From: Mycobacterium phage prophiGD17-1
DNA length: 51,224 nucleotides
Strand: one strand, 5' to 3'
Sequence record: MW584165.1
This document shows positions 24,112-32,188 of the stretch, piece after piece (position 1 is the stretch's first letter; each line of letters opens with the position of its first letter). A program made the translations under genes and the position numbers. Below the pieces are notes generated by a model that did not search any database, was not told the DNA's origin, and worked only from the letters and a program-made list of their open reading frames with translations.

Positions 24112-25590
24112 ATGGTTGCACCGCCTGCAGACCTGGCCCGCTTCATGGACACCGGCGAGTTGTCCGGTCAGGAAGTCCAGTACCTCGGACGGCTGCGCAG
24201 CCAGTTGGCTCAGGCTCGCCGCGCCAACGAGAAGAAGTACACGCTGTACGAGGGCAAGCACAAGGCGCGCAATCTGGATATCGCGGTGCCGCCGCACCTT
24301 GCTGACCTTGAGGTGTTTGTCGGCACACCCGGCATTGTGGTCGACGTGCTCGCTGAGCGCGTCGAGTGGGACGGCTGGTCGGTGCTCGACGGCGACAGCA
24401 CCGTCTTGGATGAGGCATACCGGGACAACGCCCTTGAGGTTGAACAGGCCCGTCAAGCGGTCGATTCGCTGATCTGCGGCATGGGCTTTGTCAGTGTCGG
24501 TACCGGCGATCAAGAGCTGAATGAGCCAGCTGTGGTGGTCGGTGCTGAGTCCCCTATGGAAACGACTGTGCTGTGGGATTCCCGGCGCCGTATCGAGGCT
24601 GCTGGCCTGATCCAGCGCCGCGACCCGCTGACCGCCACCGTGACTACCGAAGTGCTGTACACCCCGCAGGCAACGGTGACGTTGCCGCGCGGCGGCGATG
24701 GCCGTGTCACCGAGGTTCAGCGCGATGACCACAACCTCGGCGTGGTGCCGATTGTCCAGTTCCCGAACCGTGAGCGGCCCTCCGATATTCGGGGCCGCTC
24801 AGAGATAACCCCGCCTGTGCGGTATGCGACCGAGGCTATCGGCCGCACCTTGCTCGGCATGGAAATCAACCGCGAGTTCTACACCGCGCCACAGCGGTAC
24901 GGCCTTGGTGTTGACCCGGCACAGTTCGGCATTGACGAGAACACCCCGGCGGGCGAGAAGCTGGTCAAGCAGTGGAACGTGGCCATGTCGCGGATGAACT
25001 TCATTCCGCCCCCAGAGCCAGGCGACCCGATGCCGCAGGTCGGCCAGTTCACTCCGGCGCCACCGACACCGTATATCGAGCAGATCAAGCACTACCTACA
25101 ACACGTCTCGGCTGAGTCGGCGATCCCGTGGAACTATCTTGGCTTCGCCACCGATAACCCGCCGTCTGCGGACGCGGTGCGCGTGCTGGAGTCGCGGCTA
25201 GTCAAGCGCGCCTTGCTGCGCCAGCGCATGTGGTCGCGGGCATGGCGCCAGGTCGCTTACCTGATCGTCAAGCATCGTGACCCGCAGGCGACGATGGCCG
25301 CTGTCAGCGGCGTCGCACCGAACTGGCTCAACCCTGCCACGCCCACACCCGCATCGGACGCCGACCGGGTTTCCAAACTGATCGCATCCGATGTCCTGGA
25401 GCCCAATTCCAAGGTCACGTACCGCGAGGTCGGTATTTCCGAGGCCGATCAGAAGATCATGGGGCAGGAACGCCGACAGAACACGGTCGCCAAGCTGGTC
25501 GACCGGTTGTCGAATTCGCCTGTGCAAGAGGTTCCCCCACCGCCGCAGGGCGTGACGCCGGAGTTGGTGGATGCCAACCGAGGCAGCTGA
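24112..25590 (+). CDS. portal protein
   Basis: 492 aa immediately after terL. Typical position and size. Confidence 0.8.
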   Translation: MVAPPADLARFMDTGELSGQEVQYLGRLRSQLAQARRANEKKYTLYEGKHKARNLDIAVPPHLADLEVFVGTPGIVVDVLAERVEWDGWSVLDGDSTVLDEAYRDNALEVEQARQAVDSLICGMGFVSVGTGDQELNEPAVVVGAESPMETTVLWDSRRRIEAAGLIQRRDPLTATVTTEVLYTPQATVTLPRGGDGRVTEVQRDDHNLGVVPIVQFPNRERPSDIRGRSEITPPVRYATEAIGRTLLGMEINREFYTAPQRYGLGVDPAQFGIDENTPAGEKLVKQWNVAMSRMNFIPPPEPGDPMPQVGQFTPAPPTPYIEQIKHYLQHVSAESAIPWNYLGFATDNPPSADAVRVLESRLVKRALLRQRMWSRAWRQVAYLIVKHRDPQATMAAVSGVAPNWLNPATPTPASDADRVSKLIASDVLEPNSKVTYREVGISEADQKIMGQERRQNTVAKLVDRLSNSPVQEVPPPPQGVTPELVDANRGS

Positions 25591-26476
25591 GTTTCAGCTA
25601 CTCCTGACGCGGCTCACCGTCGAGCTGGGCGGCGAAATCGCAGACCTATTGGCCCGCATCGCCGGAATGCAGCCGGTGGAGCAGATGGCGTATATCACCG
25701 CCGCCTACCCGGAAGTGGTGACGCCGTACCTGGCCGCGTCCAATGACCTGACGCAGGCCTGGTACGAAGCTCAGCCGGTGGTCGTGGCGCCGTCAGCGCC
25801 CGCGTTTGAAACGGTGGCCGCACCGCTGCTCGATGTTGAGGCGCTAGCCATTTCGGGGCGCTGGTCGCTGACGCAGGGCAAGCCCATCGAGGCTTTACAG
25901 GGCTCGGCGACGCGCTCGGTGTTCGATCAGTCGCGGCGCACCATCTCCGACAATGTGGAGCGCGAGACCGGCGCCCGGTGGGCCCGCTACGCCTCGGCGA
26001 ACGCGTGCAACTTCTGCAAGATGCTCGCCACACGCGGCGCGGTGTACACGTCCGAGGCATCGGCCCTGGGGGTCACTGGTCGCAGCGTGAACCTGGAGAC
26101 ATCGGACCGGCGCGCCATCGCGGCCGGACAGATGACCCGCGACGAAGCCCTGGCTCGACGCTCTACGTTCCGCTCGGCGCGCGAGGCGGGCAAGCGCGGA
26201 CGGCAGGTCGGTGATGCCCGTGTCGGTGCGCTGCGCGGCTCGCAGCAGTACGGCGATAAGTATCACGACTGGTGCCACTGCATCGCGGTGGCGGTGCGCC
26301 CTGGCGGTTCCTACGAGCCGCCGTCATACGTCGAGCAGTGGGACAAGCAATACGCCGCAGCGGTGACCGCCACTCGCGAGGCGGGCCAAACCAAGGGCAG
26401 GTACGGCGCCATCGACTTCAAAGCGGTACTGCGCCACATGGATGCGCAACAGCGCGAACAGACCTCCACCCCATAG
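25571..26476 (+). CDS. head maturation protein (capsid maturation protease or MuF-like minor head protein; uncertain)
   Basis: Occupies the position of lambda gpC. 301 aa with Cys/His clusters (CNFC, HDWCHC). Confidence 0.5.
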   Translation: MPTEAAEFQLLLTRLTVELGGEIADLLARIAGMQPVEQMAYITAAYPEVVTPYLAASNDLTQAWYEAQPVVVAPSAPAFETVAAPLLDVEALAISGRWSLTQGKPIEALQGSATRSVFDQSRRTISDNVERETGARWARYASANACNFCKMLATRGAVYTSEASALGVTGRSVNLETSDRRAIAAGQMTRDEALARRSTFRSAREAGKRGRQVGDARVGALRGSQQYGDKYHDWCHCIAVAVRPGGSYEPPSYVEQWDKQYAAAVTATREAGQTKGRYGAIDFKAVLRHMDAQQREQTSTP

Positions 26477-26543
26477 CGGGGCGTGAGCGCGGACGGCCAG
26501 CGTCAAATCGGCCGGGTAATGCTGACGAGCTACGGAGATTTTC

Positions 26544-27179
26544 ATGACTACAGTTCTGCCGACCCATCCCCGAACTGGATTGACTGCACTTGCTATTGGC
26601 AAGCGCGGCCCGATCTGGCCCGTGGCTGGGGCTTCGTCCGATCACGACCAGGACAACGGCGACAAGGGATCTGGTGACGCCAAGTTCACTCAGGCCGATG
26701 TGGAGCGCATCATCGGCGAGCGCCTGACCCGTGAGCGCGCCGAGGTCGCCAACAAATACGGCGACCTGGATGTACTCAAGTCCAGCCACACCGAGCTGCA
26801 AGCGATCAAGGATCGCGACAAGACGGACGCTGACAAGGTTCAGGATCAAATCACCGATCTGCAAACCAAATTGGCTGCCGAGGCCGAGGCCCGCACCAAG
26901 GCCGAGGCGAAGGCGGCGGCGGCTGAGCGCACACAGTATGGCGTCGACAAGGGGCTGCCGCTGGCGCTCGCCAAGAAGCTGGTCGGGACCACCGACGCCG
27001 AGCTTGACGCCGAAATCAACGAACTCAAGCCCTTTGTGGCTACCACCGATGGCGGTCCACGGCCCCCGGCGCCCAATCAGCACCAGGGCCAACCCCCCGG
27101 CGGCAAGAGCACCAAGCCGTCCTCGGTGTCCGCTGGCGCAGAGCTGTACACGAAGTCACACCCGAAACCCAACGCGTAG
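26544..27179 (+). CDS. scaffolding protein
   Basis: Highly charged coiled-coil sequence (AEAEARTKAEAKAAAAER...). GGAG RBS. Lies between portal/protease and capsid. Confidence 0.75.
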   Translation: MTTVLPTHPRTGLTALAIGKRGPIWPVAGASSDHDQDNGDKGSGDAKFTQADVERIIGERLTRERAEVANKYGDLDVLKSSHTELQAIKDRDKTDADKVQDQITDLQTKLAAEAEARTKAEAKAAAAERTQYGVDKGLPLALAKKLVGTTDAELDAEINELKPFVATTDGGPRPPAPNQHQGQPPGGKSTKPSSVSAGAELYTKSHPKPNA

Positions 27180-27223
27180 CACAGGACTCGCCTGCGCTAT
27201 CCCAACTCCCATAAGGAGGAAAA

Positions 27224-27598
27224 ATGGATCTCACTGTTCGCACTGAGACCTTTGGTGCAGGTAACCAGTCCTGGCTTGGTTCTAAGCACGGTACCGACGC
27301 ATGCCGGACCGTCACCATCGATCGAGAATCCCTGGTTAAGGAAACCCACTACCCGGACGGTCGGCTCAAGTCCGGCCTGCCGCTGGCCAAGGTGGGCGAC
27401 ACCTATGTGCCATACGCCGCTGGCGGCGCCAATGGTGCTGGCGTACTTGCCGGTTTCCTGTTCACCGACCAGTCGGTCCGTGATGGCGGCGGCGACATCG
27501 TTGCCCCGCTGCTCGACCACGGCCGCGTGATCCTGTCAAAGCTCCCCGCCACGGTCGCCGCTGACGCGGACACCACTGGCCTGTTCGTTTTCGTCTAA
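27224..27598 (+). CDS. head decoration protein (lambda gpD-like), putative
   Basis: 124 aa with a very strong RBS (AAGGAGGAAAA ATG), immediately upstream of the major capsid gene, as in lambda D-E. Confidence 0.55.
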   Translation: MDLTVRTETFGAGNQSWLGSKHGTDACRTVTIDRESLVKETHYPDGRLKSGLPLAKVGDTYVPYAAGGANGAGVLAGFLFTDQSVRDGGGDIVAPLLDHGRVILSKLPATVAADADTTGLFVFV

Positions 27599-27612
27599 GG
27601 AAGGGCTGAACA

Positions 27613-28650
27613 ATGACTCTATGGACTGATGTCATCACCCCGGCCGCACTGACCGGGTATGCCCGCAAAGCGCTGGCCGACCGCGAACGCCGCAAGGGCT
27701 CCCTGGCCGCGTTCCTGCCGAACCGCACCGTGCCGGACATCGTTGCTCGCTTCGTCAAGGGCGACAACGGCCTTCTGGACGCGGCCGAGTACCGCTCGTA
27801 CGACGCAGAGGTCAGCATCGGGGAGACTCCCGGCGCCGAGCGCGTCACCATCGAGCTGCCCCCGCTGGGCCGCAAGGTGCGCGTGTCCGAATACGACCAG
27901 CTGCGCCTGCGTGGCAACGTCGACTCCGACACGGTGCTGTCGACAGTGCTCAAGGAGGCCAAGCGCCTCGCCTACGCCATCAGCGACAAGCTCGAAGTGA
28001 TGCGCGGCAAGGTCATTAACAGCGGCAAGGCCGCAATCAATGAGAACGGCTTCATCGCCACTGCCGACTTCGGTCGCGGCGCTGCCTTCGCCGTCACCGC
28101 CGCAACCCCGTGGTCCGATCCGGCCTCCAAGCCGCTGACCGACCTTCGGCTGTGGCGTGATGCCTACGTCGAAGAGAACGGCGACGAGCCGGGCGTCATC
28201 CTGACTTCGCGCCGGGTGCTCAACGCGCTCATGCTGTCTGCCGAACTCAAGGCCTTGGCCACCAACTCGGCTACCGCGCCGGGACTGGTGACCGAAGCCT
28301 TTGTACAGGCCACCTTGTCCGCGTACGGCCTTCCTCCGATCGCGGTGTTCGACCGCCGCGCCAAGGTGGCGGGCACGACTGTCCGCATCCTGCCGGAGGA
28401 CAAGCTGTACCTGCTGCCCGCGCCGGTCGATGCGTATGCAGAGGACGGCACCGACCTCGGTGCGACCGTCTGGGGCACCACCCTGGAGTCCTCCGAGCCG
28501 GATTACGAGATTGCCGAGGTTGACCGCCCCGGCATCGCGATGGGCGCTTTCAAGACCCGCGACCCGATCGGTGTGTGGGTTCACGGCGCCGCCATCGGCC
28601 TGCCGGTGTTGGCCAACGCCAACCTGTCCATGGCCGCAAAGGTGCTGTAG
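27613..28650 (+). CDS. major capsid protein (lambda gpE-like fold)
   Basis: 345 aa with a strong RBS (TAAGGAAGGG). Position and length match gpE-family capsids; follows the D-like gene. Confidence 0.8.
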   Translation: MTLWTDVITPAALTGYARKALADRERRKGSLAAFLPNRTVPDIVARFVKGDNGLLDAAEYRSYDAEVSIGETPGAERVTIELPPLGRKVRVSEYDQLRLRGNVDSDTVLSTVLKEAKRLAYAISDKLEVMRGKVINSGKAAINENGFIATADFGRGAAFAVTAATPWSDPASKPLTDLRLWRDAYVEENGDEPGVILTSRRVLNALMLSAELKALATNSATAPGLVTEAFVQATLSAYGLPPIAVFDRRAKVAGTTVRILPEDKLYLLPAPVDAYAEDGTDLGATVWGTTLESSEPDYEIAEVDRPGIAMGAFKTRDPIGVWVHGAAIGLPVLANANLSMAAKVL

Positions 28651-28952
28651 TGCCTTCGATCCGATCCGATTTGGTCGGTGTCATCTACCTGCCCGGTGGG
28701 GCGCGCCTGTCCGCAGGCGATCCCGTCCCACCGGGTGAGGTGGTGGGCGCTCACCTAATCGAAGACGGCGAGGTCGACACCGCAGACCCGGAGCCCACCG
28801 GGGCGCCAACCGATACCACTGACGTGACAGCCGAAGAAGTGACAGAGGCACAGCCCGAGCCCGCCGAAGCGGCAGCCGAGGCACCGGAGCCGGTGGCACC
28901 CCGCCCGGCCACGAGCCGGACCCGGAAGCGCTCAAGTGGCCGCGCTCGCTGA
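28650..28952 (+). CDS. hypothetical protein (acidic, Pro/Glu/Ala-rich C-terminus)
   Basis: TAGTG overlap with the capsid gene. Confidence 0.45.
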   Translation: MPSIRSDLVGVIYLPGGARLSAGDPVPPGEVVGAHLIEDGEVDTADPEPTGAPTDTTDVTAEEVTEAQPEPAEAAAEAPEPVAPRPATSRTRKRSSGRAR

Positions 28953-29310
28953 CCAGGCCGACGTTGAGGCGCGGCTACGCCGCGACCTGACTGCCGACGA
29001 GGTTGAGTGGCTGCCGGGCGTGCTCGATGAGGCCTCTGCCCTGGTTTCTGCCTACTGCGGTGACCGCGACTTCGACCCGGTACCGGACAGGGTGCGCATC
29101 GTGACCTCACGGGTTGCGGCGCGCGCCCTGACTGGCCGAACTGACTCGGCCACTGCTGTCACCAATGCAGCGCACGTCTTCTCACAGACCGTGACTCTCA
29201 ATGCCGACGCCGCCAACGGCGGCGTGTGGCTCACTAAGGCCGACAAACTCGCCCTGCACCGCTGGGCCGTGTCGGGTAAGGCCTTCTCTGTCGACATCTC
29301 GGGTCGATGA
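28936..29310 (+). CDS. head-tail connector / adaptor protein
   Basis: GTG start. Position and size typical. Confidence 0.55.
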   Translation: MAALADQADVEARLRRDLTADEVEWLPGVLDEASALVSAYCGDRDFDPVPDRVRIVTSRVAARALTGRTDSATAVTNAAHVFSQTVTLNADAANGGVWLTKADKLALHRWAVSGKAFSVDISGR

Positions 29311-29654
29311 CCCCGCCGAGCTTTCCCACACCGTTCGTCGTCGTGCACGAGGCCTTCATTCCTGACGCCCTGAACGCACATGGCGATCCGATCGACAAGT
29401 GGGCACCCGCAACCGCACGATCCGTGTATGGCGCTGGCCCGGCGATGTCGAATGAGCCGAAGTTGGTCGGCCAAGATCGCGTCATTGTTGACGTGGTGCT
29501 GCTCGTGCCGCCCGGCCAGGTCTACGGCCCACGTGATCGGGTGATGCTGGCGGGCAACGTCTTTGAATGCGTCGGTTATCCCGAGTCCACCGAATTCAAT
29601 CCATTCGGCAAGCACTTCGGCGCTGTCGTCAACCTACGCAGAGTTGAAGGGTAG
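29307..29654 (+). CDS. head-tail joining protein
   Basis: ATGA overlap. Confidence 0.55.
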   Translation: MTPPSFPTPFVVVHEAFIPDALNAHGDPIDKWAPATARSVYGAGPAMSNEPKLVGQDRVIVDVVLLVPPGQVYGPRDRVMLAGNVFECVGYPESTEFNPFGKHFGAVVNLRRVEG

Positions 29655-29663
29655 GGGGTAGGG

Positions 29664-29960
29664 ATGACCGTTACCAAGGTGCGCGTCAACAAACGCGCCT
29701 TCCGTGAGCTGCGCAAGTCAGAACCGGTGCAGGCCAGGCTGCTTGAGGTCGGCGAAGTTGTCGCCCAAGACGCCAACCTGGATCACCAAGTGACCGCTGA
29801 CGTGGCACAGAACGGCCCCGTCGATGACGGGCCAAGCTACACCGCAGACTTGCACGTCGGCAAGAACCGCGCCCGTGTCTCGGTAGTGACCGCGACCGGT
29901 CGCGCCATGGGGCACGAGCGGCGCACATCCTCGCTTCTGCGGGCAGCCGCACGCCGATGA
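29664..29960 (+). CDS. head-tail joining / neck protein
   Basis: GGGTAGGG RBS. Confidence 0.55.
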   Translation: MTVTKVRVNKRAFRELRKSEPVQARLLEVGEVVAQDANLDHQVTADVAQNGPVDDGPSYTADLHVGKNRARVSVVTATGRAMGHERRTSSLLRAAARR

Positions 29961-30364
29961 CGCTCATCGTCCACCCGGACGTTGATCAGCTCGCCGTCAC
30001 CTATTTCACCAGCACCCTTGCCGCACAGGGTCACACGCAGCATGTGGGTAAGAAAGTACCGGCCAAGAATCGCCCCGATCGGTTCATGCGCGTCTATTCT
30101 AACGGCGGGCCCGACGAATCGCTGATCGTCACGCGGGCGCAGGTCGTCGCCCAGCTCTATGACATCGACGGCCCTCGGTGCGCTCAGACCGCGAATCTGG
30201 TGGCAGCACTGGGCAAGGCAGCTGTTGGCTTCCTTTTCGACGGCTACCCCTACGTGGCTAGGGCCAAAAAGCTCGGTGGCCCAACCGATCTGGACGACCC
30301 GGACGTCAAGACGCACGTCCGCTATCAGGTCGTCCTCGAATGGCTCATCAGAGCCAAGCACTGA
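29957..30364 (+). CDS. tail terminator-like protein
   Basis: ATGA overlap; last gene before the major tail protein. Confidence 0.5.
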   Translation: MTLIVHPDVDQLAVTYFTSTLAAQGHTQHVGKKVPAKNRPDRFMRVYSNGGPDESLIVTRAQVVAQLYDIDGPRCAQTANLVAALGKAAVGFLFDGYPYVARAKKLGGPTDLDDPDVKTHVRYQVVLEWLIRAKH

Positions 30365-30422
30365 GTCTCAAGGCATCTTTACCAATCCCATTGCCCGCGT
30401 TGGGCAGAGAGGTGTATTCACC

Positions 30423-31100
30423 ATGACCGGACCCATTGTCGCTGGCCCCGGTGGCGCAGCGGGCGATATCAAAGAACTGTTCTCCGGCTCGCCGACCGCG
30501 CCGGGAATCACTGGCGGTGTATTCATCGGCAAGCCGGGCATTGCCCTGCCCCCGGCCGACGACATCTTCATCCCCGCCACCGAGCACAGCCCTGACCTGA
30601 AAAATGTCGGCTTCGTCTCCGAAGACGGAGTGACCGGCACCGAAGATCGATCGATCAATGAGATTGCCGCCTGGGGCGGCGATATCGTTGCGTTCCTACA
30701 GGAATCGTTCTCGGTGTCGTGGCAGATGGTGCTGCTACAGATCATGAATCGAGAGATTGCCAAGCTGGCGTACGGCGACGACAACGTGGCCTACACGCAG
30801 GCAACGCAGGCGCATGGCAACTGGCTGGCCATCAAGGTCAACAAGCTGATGCTGCCGAAAAAGACCGTGTGGATTGACAGCTTCTACTCCGATGGCTCCG
30901 AAGGTCTCAAGGCGATGCGGTGGGTCGCACCGCTGGCCCAGGTGTCCGAGAAGGGCGATTTTAAGACCGCGCACAGCGAGTTGTCGGGCCATGACCTGAC
31001 CCTCAAGCTGCTCCCCGATTCACAGGGCAACAACGCCTACATCTACCTGGACGACGGCCAGGTTGTGCCTCTGCCCGCAGGCGGTGGCGGAACCCCTTAG
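30423..31100 (+). CDS. major tail protein
   Basis: AGAGAGG RBS. 225 aa. Followed by a strong hairpin and then the G/GT chaperone genes. Confidence 0.7.
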   Translation: MTGPIVAGPGGAAGDIKELFSGSPTAPGITGGVFIGKPGIALPPADDIFIPATEHSPDLKNVGFVSEDGVTGTEDRSINEIAAWGGDIVAFLQESFSVSWQMVLLQIMNREIAKLAYGDDNVAYTQATQAHGNWLAIKVNKLMLPKKTVWIDSFYSDGSEGLKAMRWVAPLAQVSEKGDFKTAHSELSGHDLTLKLLPDSQGNNAYIYLDDGQVVPLPAGGGGTP

Positions 31101-31215
31101 CGCCTCCCCCGGCCCCGGAACCTGACCCGGAACCGGAGCCGGAGCCTGACCCCGAGCCAAGCGGCGACGGGGCTTAGGAGAGGCGAAAACCAGCCGCCCA
31201 CCGATTCACCACGCT

Positions 31216-31256
31216 GTCCCGCCCGTCCGTTTTGCCTTGGGACAGGCGGGCGGGAC
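31216..31256 (+). terminator. GC hairpin GTCCCGCCCG...CGGGCGGGAC (10-bp perfect stem) after the major tail gene
   Basis: Seen directly; classic location for a partial terminator. Confidence 0.5.
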
Positions 31257-31298
31257 CCAAGGCACTCCAAGGCAACTCACCTGCAAAGGAACAATCAC

Positions 31299-31754
31299 AT
31301 GGCCACCAAGGCAACCACAAAAAAGACCGCCCCCGCTGTCGAAGTTAACGATGACGATGTCCGTGAGCACGAGGACAACCTCGACATAGCCGAGGGCGAG
31401 CAGAGCACCGAGACCCCCGCGAAGCCGGAACCGAAGCCGGGCGATGCTGGCTTCGATTGGGCGCCTATCTACGTCGAGGGCACCGAGCTGAAACGCTACG
31501 AAGACCCCTCGGGCACCGTGGTGGCGCTGCCGCCGTTCCCGACGCCGGACGCGGGCGACATCTTCGCCGATCTGCTGGAGGACATTCCCGATCACGTGAT
31601 GCTGATCAAGCTCTTCCGTCAGGCCATGCGTGACCATGCCGTCGACTACGCCGAAGGTATCGCGGCGATCACCGCGGCCTTCCGTGGCGGCGGCAAGCTG
31701 GCTGATATCAAGAGCCTGCTGACGTTCTGGTCGGGAGCCAAACTCCCAAACTGA
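31299..31754 (+). CDS. tail assembly chaperone (G-like)
   Basis: AAAGGAACAATCAC ATG. Acidic 151-aa protein immediately upstream of the tape measure gene. Confidence 0.75.
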   Translation: MATKATTKKTAPAVEVNDDDVREHEDNLDIAEGEQSTETPAKPEPKPGDAGFDWAPIYVEGTELKRYEDPSGTVVALPPFPTPDAGDIFADLLEDIPDHVMLIKLFRQAMRDHAVDYAEGIAAITAAFRGGGKLADIKSLLTFWSGAKLPN

Positions 31755-32188
31755 TTGGCGAGGTCCGTGACTTCGCACGCAAGCACGAGGCGGCATTCCG
31801 CCTAGACCTGCTGCACGCCGGGCTGAGTTTCGACCGCCCGGCGTGCAGCTGGGAAGACTTGCATGCCTTCACCGTGGCCTCACCACCGGGGACCGCCATT
31901 CATTACGAGCTGGCCGAAGGGTGGCCGCTCGACTCACATCTTCTCGCCGGAATCCTTGAGCGCCTCAACGACTGGCTGTGGCTGCACACCAAGGATGCGC
32001 AGCGCAAGCCGCCACGGAACCGGCCGAAACAGATCCCACGCCCCGGCGTGCGTGAGCGCGCAAACGCGCTGACGGCAGCTCTCGGGGGCCGCACACAACA
32101 GGTCGTCCCGATGGCCGCATTCACATCCATGTGGCGCGAGGCACGGGCCCGATGGAAACGACAGAAGGGAGTTAGCGATGAGCAATGA
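31706..32188 (+). CDS. tail assembly chaperone -1 frameshift extension (GT-like product; slippery site CCCAAAC at 31745-31751)
   Basis: The -1 frame is open from 31706 through 32188 with no start codon until 31859. The heptamer C.CCA.AAC (X XXY YYZ) sits just before the G stop codon at 31752-31754. Confidence 0.65.
   Translation, partial: YQEPADVLVGSQTPKLIGEVRDFARKHEAAFRLDLLHAGLSFDRPACSWEDLHAFTVASPPGTAIHYELAEGWPLDSHLLAGILERLNDWLWLHTKDAQRKPPRNRPKQIPRPGVRERANALTAALGGRTQQVVPMAAFTSMWREARARWKRQKGVSDEQ

Noticed and set aside
27619-28584. 321-aa minus-strand ORF antisense to the major capsid gene
   Set aside because: Typical of long spurious antisense ORFs in 64% GC DNA. It has Arg/Gly/Ala-rich low-complexity translation and no RBS, and lies inside a well-supported plus-strand gene. 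Similar antisense ORFs (4609-5292, 26418-27092, 39189-40100, 33518-34129, 36263-36817, etc.) were rejected for the same reason.
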